Source of the DNA: the human T2T-CHM13v2.0 reference genome, Homo sapiens
DNA length: 64,000 nucleotides
Direction: 5' to 3' (one strand)
Assembly: GCF_009914755.1 (NCBI RefSeq)
Contig: NC_060925.1
The notes under the pieces were generated by a model that was not told the origin of the DNA, did no database searches, and saw only the letters and a program-made list of their open reading frames with translations. Positions 60,997 to 64,000 of this stretch are shown piece by piece; position 1 is the first letter of the stretch; every line of letters begins with the position of its first letter. Made by a program: the position numbers and the translations under genes.

Positions 60997-61327
60997 CAGT
61001 AGTAGACCCTTTTTATCTGTGGAGGATACATTCCAAGACCTCCTGTAGATGCCTGAAACTGCTGTTTTTTCCTATACACACACATCTTTAATAAATTTTA
61101 ATTTATAAATTAGGCATAGTAAGAGATTAACAATAATAATTAGCAATAACAACTAATAATAAAATAGAACAAATATAACAATATAATAAAATTTATTTGA
61201 ATGTGATGCCTCTGCCTCTCAACCTTTCTTTTCCCTTTCAAAATATCTTACTGTACTTTTCAGTCTTTGATTGACCACAAATAACTGAAACTATGAGAAT
61301 AAAACTGTGTGTAAGAGGAGACTACTG
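60997..61327. mobile_element. MER44A/Tigger7-type MITE
   Basis: Inverted ends cagtagt...actactg; gatacattccaagacc and aaattaggcatagtaagagattaac. Confidence 0.88.
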
Positions 61328-62662
61328 GACTTCTACAGTGAACATTTAGTACTTATCAGTGACCATCATTTTCTACTGTTTATTCTGGTTATTTAACTTG
61401 TTTCTTTGAGCAGTTGATGCACTTTGATCCCAAATATATAGCACCTCAACCAGAAACAGGACCACTATAACCATTTACTTACATTTTTAAATCATAAATT
61501 TATTACAAATGTGTATTAAAATTTACTTCATTTTATTAAATATGTGTCATATCAAGTATGTTCATCAAAAATCAAATTTTTTGCTATTTGTTTAAATTTG
61601 AAGAGTAAATCTAATATATCACAAACACCTTAGTACAGCACATCAAAATACAGTGGCATTTGTGCTACTAATTGATGAAATATTGGATATTTAATTCAAA
61701 CCTGATAAACACATGTAAGCCTGGATCCTTATCTGAAGTGCACGAGAATTCTCAGGTTTTATTATTGTGTTGACAGCCACCTCCCTTCCCTGACATTTTC
61801 CTATTTCAAGAGAAGAGGCAGAATGTAATTTCTTAGAACCAGTTAAAATTGAAAGGGCAAAGTTCTACAAAATAAAATTTAGGAAATAAATCTATCCCAA
61901 TAAAGTATTAATACAGAGATTTATTTGAAGTAAAATATTTTGTAGGAGCAGATATAAAATTGCTTTGACCTTTCACGCACAATACAGAGCAAGCATTTGC
62001 ATTTTCATCAATAAAATGCTTATCCATATACGACAGAATTGTCTGGAAATAGGAAGAAATCTCAATTGAAGTTTTAAGATCTGAATTCTAAATTCTAATT
62101 ATAAATTAATGTTAAAGTCATTATGCATTAACTATATATTATATATATTACTATTCTTTATCTAAAATAGGAGACATTTCTGATACCGATTTAATAAAAA
62201 GAAGCAAAATTATATCCCTTCTATTCAATTGTTGAATTTACAATTATAGAGGAAATATTAGTATGGTATTTCATATTTAATTAACAATTAGCAATTAGTG
62301 ATCAAAAGAAAATTTGTTTTCTATTTAATATAATAAATGAGTAGCTACAGAGAGAAAACCAAAAATATAAACCACAATACTTTTGGCAGGACCTCTGAAT
62401 TCAGTAACTGTGTAGATCACATTTAAAGAAAAAAATTAACGCACAAAAAATTAGATTAACAAAAGGAATACACATTTTTTTCTTTTTATTCTTTACTTTG
62501 TGAAATAAAAATTACTGTAAAAACAAAATACAAAATAGAAAAAGTGTTAAATAATTGGGTAAGTGGGTTTGATACAACTTAATAAGTTATGCATAGGGAC
62601 TTTGGACCTGTATTGATTTTTTGGAATAAAACAACAACTCTATTTAAGCATTTATGATCTTA

Positions 62663-62731
62663 TCATATCAATATTACATTTCAATATCAATTTTCATATC
62701 AATATTACATTTTCATATCAATATTACATTT
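62663..62731. repeat. Short tandem repeat, unit tcatatcaatattacattt (three copies plus a partial one)
   Basis: Seen directly. Confidence 0.9.
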
Positions 62732-63456
62732 AAGGGTATGCATTTTCAACAAAGCTTCATTTATCTGGTTGATTTTTGTTTGGTTTATAAATAATACTAC
62801 TGTTTTCCTTAATGTACTGAATTTTCTTTGGAAATATATATTTTCCTTGAATACCCTTGCCACATTGATAAATAACAAATAAAAACTAAAAATCAGCATA
62901 AGTCAACTTTGAAATGGTTTGCTATTTTTTTGAAATCCATAATTACTGACAGCAGACTTTGCTGCCTCTCTATAAATTTGTGTGTGTGCATGTGTGTGTG
63001 CGTGTAGATGTACATCTGTATGTGTACTTTTAAATGGTGTTTGGTGTTCATGGACCTGTATAGTTGTAGCTGTATAGAAGTAGGATGCTATACCTTAGGT
63101 TTACCACTTGAAAACAATCTTAATAATATTAGGGGTCAACTAAGGATTGACCTTTGTATTTTTGACATTTTGAAATCATTGTAAATGAGCAAGGTGGAAA
63201 TATCAACATTTGAATTAAAACATTTACTGCAACATAGAACCACTGAAACTTACCCAGGAGCCCTAAAGCCTTTTGTCAATTACAGAAAGCCTAATAATTT
63301 GCATTTTAGTTTATAAATCTCATTTTTTAAAGAAGATTAAAATTTACTTAGTAACTTTCTTCGAAAATAAATCAACAAATAAACAAAAAATCAGTATCCT
63401 CTTACCATTTGTTTCACATATTTGATGTTGTTACTACAGGAAATACATAGTTAATA

Positions 63457-64000
<544 letters not shown>

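Noticed and set aside
62663-62731. CRISPR-like or functional repeat array
   Set aside because: No unique spacers and a eukaryotic context; a simple slippage repeat.

Overview
64 kb of AT-rich primate (human-like) genomic DNA, intergenic or deep intronic. It is dominated by transposable elements and I cannot support any host protein-coding exon, RNA gene or CRISPR array. The ORFs in the track are either retroelement remnants (L1 ORF2, HERV-L pro/pol/IN/dUTPase, THE1 internal, Alu antisense) or short chance ORFs. Main elements: a young, 5'-inverted (twin-primed) L1PA2/3 inside a Tigger3 DNA transposon (5.8-8.1 kb); a HERV-L provirus with an MLT2A2 5' LTR but no 3' LTR (21.0-27.0 kb); a complete THE1 LTR-int-LTR element (34.9-37.2 kb); two long old L1s with nested insertions (42.4-45.9 and 48.5-54.2 kb); several solo LTRs; nine Alus; and MIR, L2, MER2 and MER44 copies plus microsatellites. 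The most interesting locus is the HERV-L. Its 5' LTR carries a perfect DUX4 motif (TAATCTAATCA) plus a second near-perfect one. It has lost its 3' LTR and so its polyadenylation signal. It is followed by two small duplicated pieces of its own pol region, set in iterated AT-rich filler that looks like a templated-insertion repair scar. Repeat subfamily names come from remembered consensus sequences and need RepeatMasker/Dfam confirmation. I found no clearly novel biological system.
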